Shown here: one piece after another, positions 1 through 14,500 of the stretch | How positions within the stretch are numbered: position 1 is the first letter of the stretch | How the letters are laid out: every line of letters begins with the position of its first letter | The notes under the pieces: generated by a model | What the model was told of the DNA's origin: nothing | The model's database searches: none | What the model saw: the letters and a program-made list of their open reading frames with translations, nothing else | NCBI GenBank assembly: GCA_977030845.1 | Contig: OZ365112.1 | Span: forward strand, 18,166,001-18,230,000 | Length of the DNA stretch: 64,000 nt | Direction of reading: 5' to 3' | Source: Fimbriosthenelais zetlandica | Taxonomy: Eukaryota | Made by a program: the position numbers and the translations under genes

Positions 1-592
1 TCGGCAGTTGAGGAGAGGAAGATGAAAGATTGGGAGAGGATGAAAGAGAATGGGGAGACATCGAGATGAGTATTATAGAAAACGTCGGTGAGATGAGCTT
101 ATATCAAAGATAAACCCTACAAACAAGACTTCAGTTGGTGGAAAGGGGTTGTGATCACTGGACCAGAACTGGGGGAACAAGCAACAGAGGACCTGCTGGG
201 GGCTGACCCCGATACACGACAATAGAGGTACAACAGGCGCAACTATTTCTGCCCCTTTTGTCCCTTTCTCCCTCAAGCAACCACACTTCATAATGCAACT
301 CATAGCGCACACAACCAGGGTTTATATCGACACTTGTGTTACAACCAAGAGTTCATTCATTTTCCCTTATCAATAGAACGAAACAAATGCTGAGCTGGGC
401 ACAAATCTTAACAGAAGCCAAAAACACACTTAGAGTAAAGTTAGCTACCGCTGAGTGCTGTGAGAGGGCCGGATGTTTGTCACCCCGGTGTGTTTAAGCC
501 TTTGATAATATTTGGCCTTTCTTGTCTGAGGAGAAAAACTTAACAGAAGCCAATAACATTTCACCAAATACCAAGCAAAACAGCTGACTCAC

Positions 593-976
593 CATGGGTT
601 CCTCCTCGTTCTCATGGATCACACCAAGTGTGGCTGAGATATGTTTGTTTAATAGAGACTCGGTGTTGAGGTTGTTCATGCACTTGTTGTTATTAAAGTT
701 ATGATTGTTGGTCATGGTTCTGTTCTGGTTACCACACCATTTGACACCCATGCTTTCAAGTCCAGCTTTCAGTGCGCGGCGGATTTCATCTTCAACATTC
801 TCAGATATGACATTACCAACAGTGAGCGGCATGACACCGTTACCATTAGACAGCATGGTCCAGACTTTATCCTGGGGGCAAGTGTTCCCCTGCTCAGCCA
901 TGTAGTACTCCGTACCTTGTCGATGGATGACTTTGATTAATGATATGCTACTTCCCAGCACCAGAGAATCCCCGTC
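593..976 (-). CDS. Candidate exon of unknown identity in the Axin intron after exon 5
   Basis: Lies within a 193-codon open frame (494-1,075). Bounded by an acceptor-like ttaacctcactcAG|GAC and a consensus donor ATG|GTGAGT; 384 nt, phase 0/0. No recognisable domain. Confidence 0.3.
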
Positions 977-1909
977 CTGAGTGAGGTTAAGCATCTTCAT
1001 CCTCGCTGAGTGGTTGTAGGCTATGGCATGCCCAGACACACATGTGACATACAAGTAATAACTGTAGAATAACACTAAACTGTTCTAGCAGCGTCTCTTG
1101 CTTATTCCACAGTCTTAACTGGATGTAGCCCTGGTCAGACTGTTCTCTGTGGGCTGCTGTTGTTGTCTGGTCTCTCAGTGGGACAGCTGTGGCTGCATGG
1201 ACTGGGTGGAGACAGACTGACAGGTGCCTCTCTGCCTGCCTCAATGGGGAACAATGGACTTCACAGCAAAGGACTCACAGAGTCCAAATTCCTCTTACAA
1301 GTAAGCTTCCTACGGGTCTATATGATGTAGGATTCCAGTGTAAGTGACAGGATTCCACTGTCAAATCCGTATCAATGTATGACTAACGAGTGATAACAGC
1401 TGAGATACCGAGTGCCTGATGCTGAGGCCTCTCACTCTCCACTACTACCTGCTCAACTCCCAGTCAGAGCACTAATGTCTCTACTCCCCTTACTCACACC
1501 CTCTCAGCCAACCCAACCCCGCTGCTCATTGGCTGCTTGCACAGCTGAGCCTGTGCTGCCGCCGGTGACAGAAGACTGAACTAAAACATTGATGACCTGG
1601 GAAAAGGCTTCGGAAACAAGTGTGCTATGCTTATTAGGGGTTGATTAGATACGTAACCGACAGGTAATCTAGGAGGAAAAACTAATTTTCTTTGTAATAA
1701 GTGAAGAGGGAGGAGAATGGGAACACGACCTGTTACTTTGAGTCACATATTTGAGGCAGCATCTGGTATTGTGTGCACGTTTATGGTGGCAACATCAGAG
1801 GACCGTGTTTAGCATTTTACGAGGAGAAAGGCTTGGTAATGCATTCCCTCCATACACAGATCAATAGCATTTCTTACAAGGAGAGACATATGTGCATACA
1901 TAGAGAAGC

Positions 1910-3416
1910 ATCAAAGAGGACTGCTGTCTTTTGATGATAAAATCAACGTTAAGTACATAAAATAGGGGGGTCTAAGCAGCACCCCCGCCCCTTCATTACC
2001 TGCCCTTTCATGTAGGACCCCTCTAAGCCTTGACGATCGCCCGTGTCCATCTCTACCCCCTCCCATCCCTCTCCCTTCCACCCTAGAGAGTAGGCCCAAA
2101 CTCTTTTGATATAGGCATCCCCGAGTCCCCAACCTTCCCACAGAGAGTGTATCCCGCGGGAGTGTCCAGAGACCATGCCGGTACATCACAGAGTCCCGGG
2201 CTTAGAGGGGGGTGTGGTACCTGTAATTTATCCCTGTCCCTACTTTCATTTTTTGGGGCTCACTCCCCAAATCAAAGCTAGAGCCTTGCTTTGATAAGTG
2301 AAGTATATATGTATCAGGGTCGACCTGGCCTACTGGTTCAGTCCCCTTATCTTTGTACATGCTCTAAAGATGACAATGGTCTTTAATGTCCAGTACAAAG
2401 ATCTAATATAATATTTTCTGAAATTTTCCTACCAGTGCATTACATGAACCTGAGTATATTGTAGGATCAAACACTCCTCCTTTTTTGGTACTATATCACA
2501 GCTCATAAATCATGAATTTGTGACAAGTTCTCACGATGCAGTAATGGTACTCTACAATATAGCACCAAAGCTTGGCACTGTCAATAATGCCTTGAAAAGA
2601 TCAAAGTGAGAAAACCAAATTAAATTCAATTACAGACGGGTTACCAGGCCTGAAAGTATAGAAGATATGAGATAGGCGCTGGAGGAGGACGGAGAAATAC
2701 TGTCCCTCCCCCCAGCAACCTATTCTTGAGCAGTTCTATCCACGTTAAGCCCACCATCCCCCTCCTCTCCTGGCTTTTTGATCTTGACCATTCCCGGCTA
2801 TGATAGCCCTCAGATGTTGGCACATCAAGCGGTTCTTCAATAGGCGCTGGGCCGGCCGCTGGGGGCAGTATGGGGCGGTCGGCAGTGGACGATGAACTAG
2901 CCATACAGACGGTCAATTAGCCCTTTCTCTGGTCATACATGGGCCACTCTTGCCCTGTGACACTGGCGGGTTACGATAGGAGCCGACCACTTCCTGCTGC
3001 CCCCATATCGCCCCCACCGCCCGATTGCACCACTGCCCCCTAGCGATCCCTTCCAAAGCGCCTTGATCACATGACACATCGTGCTCACCCCTCATAAACA
3101 GTATCCCCGTTCTTCCCTAGAGGGAGCGGCCGGGGACAAGAGGTGCAGGGGCCAGCGATCAAACTGAAGGAATCGCAGAGAGCAGGTTAGAAAGGGATCA
3201 AAGGGAGGTGCTCTAAGGCCATGTTTAACCCTCGCTGCCCTATTTACCGCCCCCTAACCCTTAGAGCACCTCTCAAACCTAGCCCCCACGTGACCAAGGA
3301 AGTCATTACAGGACGCGAGGTGGAGCCACGGGAGCTCAGACCTCCAGTCACAACACCCTCTGCTGGTGAGGGCTCTCGTAGAGAGGCCCTCAGCAAGTCC
3401 TGTTGTCCTATCAAAG
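1910..3416. promoter_or_regulatory. TCF/LEF site cluster in Axin intron 5
   Basis: Exact sites at 1,910, 2,271, 2,289, 2,600, 3,197 and 3,410. Confidence 0.45.
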
Positions 3417-5404
3417 GCCCTTATCGGCATGTAGAGGGGGCTTCATAGAAGCTGAGCATTCACATAACACAGCACATCACATCTTTCCTCTGAAGTGGTT
3501 GAAGACAGAAGAAGCTTCCTTCTAGCTCTCACCCCGATTCTCCACCCCTGAAGCCCTCCACGATCTTAGCTCCTCTTTACATCTCTTCGGCAGGGACTCA
3601 GTTTGTCCCCCATCTCCCCATTTCCATGCCTGTCACGCTTTATAAGTCACTTCTCCTGTTGACATGGTAACCAGCCGTCACCTGGGGCTGGTTAAAGTCA
3701 CTTCCTCCATGGCTGTTGTCATGGCAATGATGATCTGTTGCCGCCAGCTCCTCTTCCTTTTCCTCTTTATTCTGCCCTGCCTCCTGCGATACACTACAGA
3801 CGCTCTCTTCACAAAGCTGCCAGTCTTTGTTCCCGTCAGATCTTGCTGGATTAGTGGTGGGGTAAAAAGCCGCCGGCTCATCCAGAAATCCTCTCCTCTT
3901 GCTAGGCGATCGACGCCTCGACCGGCGCCTTGTAATCAGCCGAGGTGAGGACAACCCTGGGTCGTGATGAGCGCTTCCCTCACAACAGCAATAAATGCCA
4001 CTTACGGCAGACCAATGAGGTGTCACATTACTCAACTCATAGCGTTTAATTTCGAAATTAAATGGACAGTAATTCTTGGAGGCATACAGGGAACTCTTGC
4101 CTCTTTGTCTTGCCCATCTTCTATCTATATTTGTATGTAGGTTTTCCGCTGAGCCAAGGGACCACGCAGACATCCTACCACGCCCCATTCCCACCCCATA
4201 AAAACCTGACGCCGAGTTTCATTCATCAAGGAGATAGCTTCTGAGAAAATGTGAAAGTCAACACAACATTACAAGCTTGTCTCCACTGACTTCAACTCTA
4301 TCAGATTGCTTGTATGGGGAGGCAAGGAAAGAGAAGTCCGAGTGAACAGAAGTCACGTATACTGACCAAGAGAAATGTATCAGGATGGAAGGGAACGCAC
4401 CGATATTTTGGGGACAGGAGAGGACAGGGAATAAGAGGGGAGGGAGAAAGGAAAGTGTGTGTCAGAACGAAAAGGAAAGAGAAATGTTACAGCAAGCTAG
4501 ATCTTTCAAAGGGACTTTCAAAAGAATTCCTTAAATGAATATACTGTAAGCCACATAATGCCCGTGAAGCTCTGCAAAGCAGCGAGCTCTTGAAATGAAA
4601 AATTCTATCCCATGAGTGAGCTTTGTCCTATGCTTGATTATTCTCTCTCATCTGCGCTTATCTATGTGGCTACAAAGTCACTTCAAAGGCCGTCGCCTTC
4701 TTTATCTGCGATATTCGTGGGCAAATCAAAGTCATCCTAAGCACATCCCATACTACTGGGCCGTGGCACTTTTGTAAAATGCACATCCACACTGCTCTTT
4801 CTCCTCCGGGTCCTTCCTTTATCAAAATAAATCAATTAATGTAATTAGCGGCCTTCTGTGTGTGGATAATATTTTATATGTATCGGCTCGAGGCTTTCTC
4901 CACCTTATAGAAGTGTGTATTTATCTCGGTCTTTCACAGTTTACATGTGATTTCCCTTTCATGTTTCCGTGAGCACAATCACAAACACTTCGCCGTCACC
5001 CTGAATGTTAACCCTTCGTTATTTCAACGAAACACATTCGACACTGAAAGGAAAGTTATCCAGAACACTCCCTGAGATGTGTTGATAAGGTCAACAGAAG
5101 AGATCACATTGAAATGATACGAGTATCCTCCCCTTCCTGTCCTGCCAACCAAGCTTTGAAAAAACACTCACCTATTTATACCTGGTAGATCAATGTTATA
5201 CTCCAATTCACTACACACTGAGACAGTAAATAAAGCTAGGTAGCCAAAGATGATACAGTATCAACGTGATAACTGAGAAGGAAGTTTATATACACGCATA
5301 TAACTACCTATCAGAGTACCAGCATCCGTCTGACATAAGACCTCGGACTGGCTCAAGTTCACTAGTATGTTTAAGTGACATTTAACTATTAACTTGGTAC
5401 ATAC

Positions 5405-5548
5405 CTCCAGTGACTTCATCGAGTCCTCAATACGCTTGATCTTGTCCTGCTCATCCTTGACCTTGTCGAGCCGCTCAATGAGCATGCTGGCAAACTTGGC
5501 CGGGTCAGTCTCAGCAATATTCCTATCCTTGGGAGCACGGTCTGTCCG
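5405..5548 (-). CDS. Axin: Axin coding exon 5 (GSK3-binding helix)
   Basis: Acceptor ttttctttgcAG, phase 0. Encodes RTDRAPKDRNIAETDPAKFASMLIERLDKVKDEQDKIKRIEDSMKSLE (cf. vertebrate EPQKFAEELIHRLE). Donor GAG|GTATGT (144 nt, phase 0). Exons 1-5 sum to 1,371 nt = 457 codons. Confidence 0.95.
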
Positions 5549-7284
5549 CTGCAAAGAAAACATAAAAAGGTTTATAAGTTAGTTGTAAATTTATAATAGG
5601 AAAGCTGCTGGCATCAAAAGAAGGACAATTATTTGGAGGTGCACAGTATATGCACCATGCAGCTTTCAATAAGAGGTGATTGATAAATTAATTCTCCACT
5701 TGACCACCTTGGACCATCCCTAAAGGTCGCCAGATAGATGTATCAAGATTATGATGAAATCTTAAAAGGGGGAGAGTGATCTTTGAAGTGGGCAGGAGTA
5801 GCAATACCTAACCTTGACAGACCACCTGTTCTCGGCCTACCAATACTGGCAAAGACAGGAGGAAGGGCTGACCAGGCAAGAGGGTGAAAAGGAGGGAGAG
5901 AGGGGTGGTACAGTTAGTCCCATTGTAGTATGGTCATACGAGGTTAGGGGGCGCCACATGACCTTGGCACGTACACTAACGCGCCATGTTCATTGCTGAA
6001 CACTGGCAATCCAAACTGCACTCTAGACCTTCGGTTTTTAATGGTGAAATGGAACTATTGAAAAGGCCAAAACTTTCCACTTGTAGTATGTGTACATGTA
6101 GATTGTGTACATGGTTAGTCAAATAAATTCATAGATAATGGGGATTTCTTTCTATGGTTTTTGGTTCTAATTAAATTTTCTTGCACAAAAGAATTTTAGA
6201 TGAAGTAACATCGCAACGTGACTGACTGACAGGTGTTATGGAGGTGTATGGCAGTAGATGAGAAGTGTGAGGCCTATTCCCCCCATCTACCCCTTCCCAT
6301 CCTCTCCAGATGCACTGCCCACCTGGCCAGGTGTAGGCCGATACACAGACTAATTAATTAAATAATTCCATTAACTCAGCTAGGCATTGCACACGATACA
6401 CGCATTCTAGTAGGACCTAATACAGCCCCAGCCAAGCAATCCCAAGCTTACCTTCAGCTAATGCGTTCGACTTGCATCAAAATTAATTTTAATAGAAGCC
6501 TGCCCAATTTCCACGTCAAGTGATTTCAGTGTTATGGAAAAGCCTCTGAGACTGCCCAATAAAATTATTCAGATATTTCATTTCAGAAATTGAGCAGAAA
6601 CGACCATCAGTATGCATGCAGCTTCCCACAAAATTTTTGTATGTAATTGGAACTAATCTGGCAGGCCATTGTGGTTGTGTAATCGCTTCAGATTTGCAAT
6701 GCATTTTTATCCATCACCTATCAAAGCATTTTCAGCAATTTGTGAGATTGGATCCGGACGTGGAATGGATCCACCATTCAGAGATGAGATGGTCGGTTAG
6801 CCGCGGATTGGCGATCACTCGCGACGTAATATACTTGCAAGTGAAACCTTAAATACACAAACTGATCAAGCATGAAAATTTAATCCACTAAATCCATATA
6901 CCCCTGTCCTCTGCGCCGTGCCTATTGGATCCCACAGCCATTAAGAGGAGGGGGTTGTCTAATCCCTTCACAATGATCATTTCAATTTCTTTTCCCCCTG
7001 CAGGGCGCGCTCGATGCGTCAGGATGCGCATGCGTCATGCTTCAATGGTTTGCAACATGAGGTACATGCGCCCCCTCGGGGAGGAGGATCAATCAGCCGA
7101 GCAGAACCTGTTCTGGATTAAAAATTTCCATTTGTGAGCAATTAGAGGTGAATGCTCTCACTATTATTGGTTGCCAGACCCGCTTCCAATACAAATACTG
7201 GGGGCGAGGTTGCCCCATCTCCCCCACCCAACTTCCCCCACTCAAAAGACAATAGAGAGAGATGCACACACAGAAGCGACCATG

Positions 7285-7898
7285 ATCAAAGTGTCGGCCT
7301 GACCTCTAGCGGTGGCGGGTCGCATTACAACAATAGCAGTATGTAAATGACACGGAACTTCAAAAGACCCACATGCCCCTAGTGGCAGCGGCGTGAACTG
7401 ATAATGTGCCATCTAGAATGGGAGTGAGTGCATGTGTTTTGTGAGGAGAGCGATGGATGAAAAGGAGGGCTGGGCGTTGGATAAAATTTGTTCATCTGTC
7501 ATTAGGGCCACTTGTGTCGAACCACAAGGAAAAAAGGCTCATACTGTGATAACTTGATCAAAGAGACTATTTTGATAAATATATGATACAATCAGACTTT
7601 TTAGAGAGGATAAGAGCAGGGCAGCAGTGTAAATAAACAAGAGGCGGCTGAGAGTGTTTCACATAGTCTAATGTTGGATCAGCCTGCCTGGACACTTAGT
7701 GGGATCTAATGAGGGGACAGGGATCCACATTCCCTGAGGCAAAAGAGCAGGCGAGATCAAGCCAGCAGAGCCCCCAGTCCTGGCGGGAGAGATCGGAACC
7801 AATCCTCTCTTTATCACATGATTGACAGGCAATGCATATGGCACAGCCATGTGACCGCTTTAAGCCAATCAGCTCCTAGCTTTGATCCAGGCTTTGAT
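7285..7898. promoter_or_regulatory. TCF/LEF site cluster in Axin intron 4
   Basis: Exact sites at 7,285, 7,557, 7,880 and 7,892; the last two form a tandem GCTTTGATCC pair. Confidence 0.5.
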
Positions 7899-8476
7899 CC
7901 CATTGTGATCAATTAAAACCCTTTGTGTGCTTTGGGGGTGAGAGGGGCAGTCTGGCAGGGTATTGGGTTATTGTCTATGCTGCAAGTTTCCATCTACACA
8001 GCCTGGACACACAAAACCAGTGACAGACCTTAGTCTCTCTCATCCCTGGCCCGCCTTTCTCCCCCCATCTCTTCTGTGGGATAATAATTCATCACACACA
8101 GCTCCTGCAGGGCGAGCGATAATAGATGTAAAAAGAGCGTCCATCATGAGAAGAGATCAAAAGTTAGACTTCTTTTATATCAACTGACAAAAGATCGGTT
8201 GTCACTACTCAAATACATCATTCTGATTCATCGGTTTGTTTTTCCTCTCCAAAGGAAATGAATATTCACCAATTCGGTACCAGGACGAGATGAACAACCC
8301 ATATTATGCTTTGCCATTATGGTTCTATTGTAATATCCAGAATAGAAGTACACATAGAGGATAATGTTAGGGATATGAAACATTGAGGCCAAACAAACAT
8401 GCAGGCCCATCAAATATTGCCATTATGAAACAAAACAAATTTCTTATATTAAAACTAATAGAAAAGGTCTACATAC

Positions 8477-8594
8477 CGGGATGACACTGAGTTGGTTCAG
8501 CTCGGCACACCGATTGATTTGTGCGTTCCGGTGCATAGCTTTCTGCCGTTGTTTCCATTTCTTTGTGCCAAAGGCGGGAGCATCCCGACCATCA
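8477..8594 (-). CDS. Axin: Axin coding exon 4
   Basis: Acceptor ctcttttttcAG|T, phase 2, completes SSV-DG as in other Axins. Encodes DGRDAPAFGTKKWKQRQKAMHRNAQINRCAELNQLSVIP. Donor CCG|GTATGT (118 nt, phase 0). Phases match both neighbouring exons. Confidence 0.85.
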
Positions 8595-11500
8595 CTGAAA
8601 AAAGAGAATATATAATTTATATTTACTGTTTCTACCATGCACACCCAAAACTGATGGCCTAAATATATACTGACATTACCAACACACTAAATGCCAAGAA
8701 CTATTTGAAATTCTCATTGCGAAAGTTGTTTCAAGTCATTCATATTCTAACGAATCAATACAGAATTTAAACTGAACATTACATATACTACTCACATATA
8801 TTATATAAACTTTCAAATAAGCATCTTTTCGCTATTTTATCGAAAAGTAACTACATGTCTTGAGAAAATGTTTAGAAAAATCAGCAGAGTGAACTAAGCA
8901 ATGTTGGTGATTCAAGCCAAAAAGGTGAGGTACTCTAGTTCTGTATGAAGTGAAACGAGTGTAAGCCATTATAAGATTTCGGATCTTTGTAACTGATGAA
9001 GTTGACAGTTTTCATGAGTAAAGTGGCACTTTCAAAGATGACATAATTACCCGACATCCAGGTACCAGATACAACTTTTCATATGAGTACAGACAACTTT
9101 GGAGGACGGTTTGACAATTAAAAATGAAGTTAAAACATTTCTAGACACTTAGAGTGAATATTGACAACTACTTATCAGTAGCGAAAGGCAACCTTGACAG
9201 GAGTTTCATTTATACATGTTCATCACACTCAGGTTACCATAGCAACCAATCAAGCACTTTGATCCTGTAGGATGACGTGAGGTAGTATGCAGGAAGTTTT
9301 GGTAGATCTCCAGGTGGTAGAGTAACCAGCTATTTATCATTTTAAATTGTCATTAATGTTGGATTGTAAGTGGCACCTCTTCGATCTGGGAATGGATAGG
9401 TATGGGGCGGGTGGGTGGGTGTGAGTGTCGCTCATTTCGAGCAGTAGAACTCGACAGTCCTGGAGTGTAGAATGTGCCTGCCTGGATCCAGGCTCGAATG
9501 GGACATGAAAGCGAAGCTGCAGGTAGAGAGGTCAACATTAAAGCGCCGCCTGTGGGGGGTGGGGGTGGGACGAGGCAGGGCAGGGCACTCCTCTACATGT
9601 CTAAAAGATTCACTTACAGTCAGGACCGAACCTCAAAGGCAAGCTTTTTGTACATCAGATAATGACCTTCAAATATCTATTAAAGTTTACTGGGATAAAA
9701 TAAGCCGTGAGTGACATAACGGGAGGAATATCCACTCTTATTACGTCACATGTTACATTTTCCATGACGTGACGACCCATAACGTGTATCATGTGAAATG
9801 TCTCTTTCATCTTGACCGCACACCTGACCCCCAGCGGGGCTACACGATACCATTCAGCTGATGACTAAAGCCAGTAGGCCCCTCTGTTACCAGACCTCTG
9901 GTTTCAAGCAATATCTCGTATTGGATAAAAGTAGGATGAGAACCAATTGTTTAAGACTTTTATGTGATCATCTGGTGAGAACAGTGAATTTATTGAGTGA
10001 TGGGCCAGGTGTGTCCTCTCTCTCACTGTGAACTAGCTTTCCCACCAGTCCGTCCTCTCCCACTCCGGGATCTCCATGACAACATGTCTATAGGTAAACT
10101 CCTCCCTCTCGTTCCATCACCTCCTTGCCCTATGCATGGCTAGCTTTCATCTTTTACCGCTGATGTCGCCACTTTGATGTCTGGAGCGGCCTGAGGCAGG
10201 AGGGGGGCGGGTGGGGGACAGGTGGTCTGTCCCAACTGTGCCTTCTATAACTCGCACTATAATATACCAGAAGACTTCAGGATTCAAAATTGGGGAACAC
10301 AATGCAAACAGGACTTTCTTTTTGTGAATATTTCCCTCGGGTTGCAAGTGGAAATCATAATTTTCCAGTTATTTTAGCGGGCCCGGGGGTGAGGTGGATC
10401 TGAAGTCACAGTGCCCACAAGCAATATTCACGAGAATTAATCAACAGCTTGTCTAGATTTAAATTTAAAAGGTCTATCATGTCTACCTGAAGGGCGGGCG
10501 GGGGTATTCATGAAGGGACGCCCCTGGGAGAATACCTTTTAACAAAGCAAGTGGTCTATCTTTGATGATAGAACCCAAGCCAGGGGGCAGTCCAACATCG
10601 CCATGAGCACCGACTAACGGTCATTCCATTTTATCAGACAAAAGTCGCCAGCTTTATATACATGACCTGGTGATCTGTAAGCAGGACAGTGCTCACAACG
10701 GCCAGTGATTCACCATTCAGCACATTTGGTCTCATTCAGAGAGCAATTATTTCCCAATGAAGTGAACTTGAGATCTGGATGGTCTTTGAAAACAAAACTG
10801 AAACAGCTGTGGCCTTCTTAATTTCCAGTATTTATCTGCGCAAATCAAATAAAAATGGTGCCAATTATCACCTACTGAGCGCATGATGAGGACCCCTGTA
10901 CTAGCCTGAAATAATCTTCACTTATCCAGCTTCATATCAGTGTCCTTGATTGCCTCCAAATCTGCCCCCACCAAGGGTGGATCCCCTACCGGACAGTGTT
11001 CACACTAGGAGCACAGCATCCTCACCTTGCCATCAGGGCCTTCAAAGACTGCCCTCTGACCTGCGGGGACATGAGAGCGAGCCGCCTGGTGCGCGATCGG
11101 TGAAGTACCTATCACATGACCACCTTGTGATGGTTTTCTGATAGGAAGAGATTTGAATGCGAGTTCAAAAGCAGACTGGCTGGGCGCGGCTCCGTCCTCT
11201 CTCAAAGGCCAAGAGCAGTATCCAGAATATATATGAAGCAGTAGATTTAAATTTCCGACCCGTTATAATCCATTTGCTTACCATTTAAGCAGCGGAAATT
11301 AATTATTTACTCTATATTCTATACAAAATATAGATAACAAAAAGACCTGAGGGCAAAAGACAAAAGGGCTTCACCATATGGGGAATAATAGAAGCAGAAC
11401 AATAAGATCACTGGTGATTTTTCGTCTAAACCCGCAAGATCCAATAAAAATCCAACACTGCCTATTAGATGCTGACAATTTATATGCACAGGGTTCACAA

Positions 11501-14500
11501 GATCAGGAATAATGCCATAAATACATTATCACGGTCATTGTGCACTGAATGATGGGGGAAACGGGGAATTTGTCCCCCGCTCCCTACCCCATTTCTTCCA
11601 CCTAATATAACAGGCCATTAGTTGAGTATTTTGTACCAATTGCTAACAATTACAAGATTGTCACAGATCGTCGCCAGTCGTTAGGATCAAAGCTGGCCGA
11701 GGGAATTGTTCTCCGCCATAAATGCCCAATAAAAGGAGCGATGACTGCTCCTTTATTATTGTCGGGGCCGCTCGGAGCAGGCGGACACACTACACAGCCA
11801 ATAGTTTGTATGAATTCATAATTACCCGCTTTTGTTTCTCAATGAATGATGGCTGGGGATCGAGCCACGCTTTAAGCCAGATAAAAGGGAATAATTCATG
11901 TATGTGTGGCGTGTGTGAGGGCCCGCTTGGTAGTCGGTGTTTTAATGGTGGACTGAGTGGGTTGGTCGGGAGGGGGTTGAAGTTTGTTTGACAACTGAAC
12001 AATAGCGATCCATCAAGCAGTTACATAACCGCTTGCCAGCGCCTGCATTAACATCAAAGCATCTGGATCCATGCCGCTTTCCAAGGTCAAAGTTCACAGG
12101 GATCCAAGTCCAACGGGCCGCCCTACAAGCCAGGGTTTCTTTCACTCTCGAACACATGCATTTCATGCCTGGAAAGGTTTCCACGACAACGACACATCTC
12201 CTTGACGACGACAGGCTTCATCGGATTAAGGAAGGTCACTGTGAGGTCAGTTTTAAACCCAGATTGCTCCAGAAGCCCTCACAGCCCAGGACATGTCTGA
12301 TGCGACATACATTAGCTGAATAGCAATGCAAGTGAACAAATATGTTCAACCAAATTGTCATGAAAGACAAGTTTTAACACATGCATCACATGTGTAGTGT
12401 CTCATGTCAGACAGATCAACCCTGGAGGAAACCCTGGATGATCCAAACCACCACCACTTCATACCATTACCGCACTGAGTACCTGTCAGAAGTAGAAATC
12501 TCTTTGTGTATATCAGCTCTATTAGAGATGTGTTTTCTGACAGATCATTCAGGGCATGTGTTAAAGAATGGGAGAAAAGGGTGGTGCAGCTGTGCTGCAA
12601 AGGGCAGGGAGAAAACATTGAAGCATTGAAGAGGTCGTGTATTCAGACTAAGTACGGCAGTGAGAGAGCACTTGCTGTACCTTCTCTCTTTTGGCCTACG
12701 TCTCTGTGATCACTTATTCCCTTTGCTGTCTGACGTCTAATAGCGCCTGTGAAACTCTAGTTGGTCTCTGTGAGCCACTCACTCTCACAAAGAATAAATA
12801 ATCAGCAACTTATTGCCTAAAACATCCTATTATCGCCAACTCCTACCAAGGCTCTTCCTTTCCTTTCTTTGCAACATGATATGCACTGCACAGTATGTCA
12901 AAGGACGGATGCTTTCATTCATTACCTTATGCGGTCTAAATAATAGAAGCTTTATCAGGAAAGGCACCTTTAAATGCCAATAAATGTATTATTCCATTTT
13001 CAGGGTGGTATGACGTCATAGTTGACTATTTAAGGGGCGTGTTGAATAAGCGATCCACTTAAGTGGACATAAAAGCGCAGCTCGGTCCTAACTACCTTCA
13101 GAAATACCCCCACCCACTTTTCAAAACCCCTGCCCCCGCCCCCTTTCACCTGGGATCGTCAAGAGCCCATATGCCCCCATTGCCCCACCACCTTCAGTCT
13201 CAGCCCTCAACGTTTCATTCTATTCCTTTCATCTTCGCCGCATCGCCATGTCTTGCTCCACTTACCCACTTGTTCACTCCGTCACTTACAGCCAACCTCC
13301 CACCTCAGACAAGGCCTTGTCCCTGCACCGACATTTGTTAAGAGCCGTCAAGACATATTTAAACGACCTAACAAACCATCCCTTCTCGATACTAAGACAC
13401 TTGTCTCAAAATTTCAAAACCATCCACGTCAATCACCAGCCATTTCAACAAGACAGCCGCCTCACAACAAACAACTGATTATATAAAGAGAGTATTTAGA
13501 AGGGGCTTTAATATTCATGAAGGTTTTCTTTATAAGTATATCCAGTTAGCACCATAGGTTGTCCACCTACCGTCTGTGTCTACAACCAATGTTCTCCTTG
13601 TCCCACCGCCAGGGGGCCATCTCCAAGGCGAGGTTTTTCCTCCAGTGACATACACACATATCGCCATGGTTCCATGAATTTAGACCAACGGGAAAAACTT
13701 CATTGTATTTTTGAGAGATGGCCAGGTTCCCATGATTGCTACAGTGCAAACACCCAGTTCTGCATGTCCACGTTTCTCTCGTCGCTCTATTTAACCCTAA
13801 ACTGATGTAACTTGAATCACAGTTATCATTTATATCACAGCCTGCAATAGTGTTCTGGTTCCTAATCCTGGTTTGCTGGCCAGCTTCCACTTGATCATTA
13901 AGATGGGAAGGGCCAGATATAGAAGATGTGGTGATGTTACAGCATGCATCTTTACGTTCATGTAATAGTCTCATGTTAGGTCCAGGGACATCGTGGTCCA
14001 TGACGTGACAAGGCTCGTGCCCTCTGGACCCATGATGACCTTGACCATGAGGATCCACACTGTCCCTCATCCATCGTTTGAACTTTGACCTAAGTCGCTG
14101 ACTTTCTAATAAGGTAGTAGGCTTAGGTCCCCATCCCTGCTGTAGGTGGTAGTATACGTACTCCTCCAGGCCATCGAGGGACCACCAACGTCGCGCCACC
14201 CCCTCACCTGACGATAGGGTTTCCATGGTAATATCACGACGTGGCTACATACCCCATCATTAGAGGTAAGTCTTCAGATGTGCTGCGCAATTATGGAAGC
14301 ACATCCTGATCATGGCTCCTTTTACAAGCCTCCTACACACTTGTAGGCACAAAGGGCCAAATTGACCATAGATAGAATAGGGCTACATTTACAAAGCCAT
14401 GACTGTGAAACTAGACGAAGTTTCAGCTGTATAGGTAGTATATCCAATGACTTTTCCCTGCTGTCTCTGAAAGGTATAGTCGGTACCGTCACCACCATGG

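Noticed and set aside
3640-4194. 184-aa minus-strand ORF with overlapping plus-strand ORFs
   Set aside because: No Axin beta-catenin motif (ILDxH) or other domain; GC-rich sequence with open frames on both strands.
5172-5217. Possible micro-exon or poison exon after Axin exon 5 (acceptor 5,217; donors 5,182 and AG|GTGAGT at 5,172)
   Set aside because: Supported by splice-like motifs only; the peptide CVVNWSITLIYQ is not Axin-like. It would need junction reads.
13567-14226. 219-aa minus-strand ORF in Axin intron 3
   Set aside because: No recognisable domain, atypical Cys/His/Trp-rich composition and no convincing splice boundaries; probably a chance frame, though not excluded without a database search.
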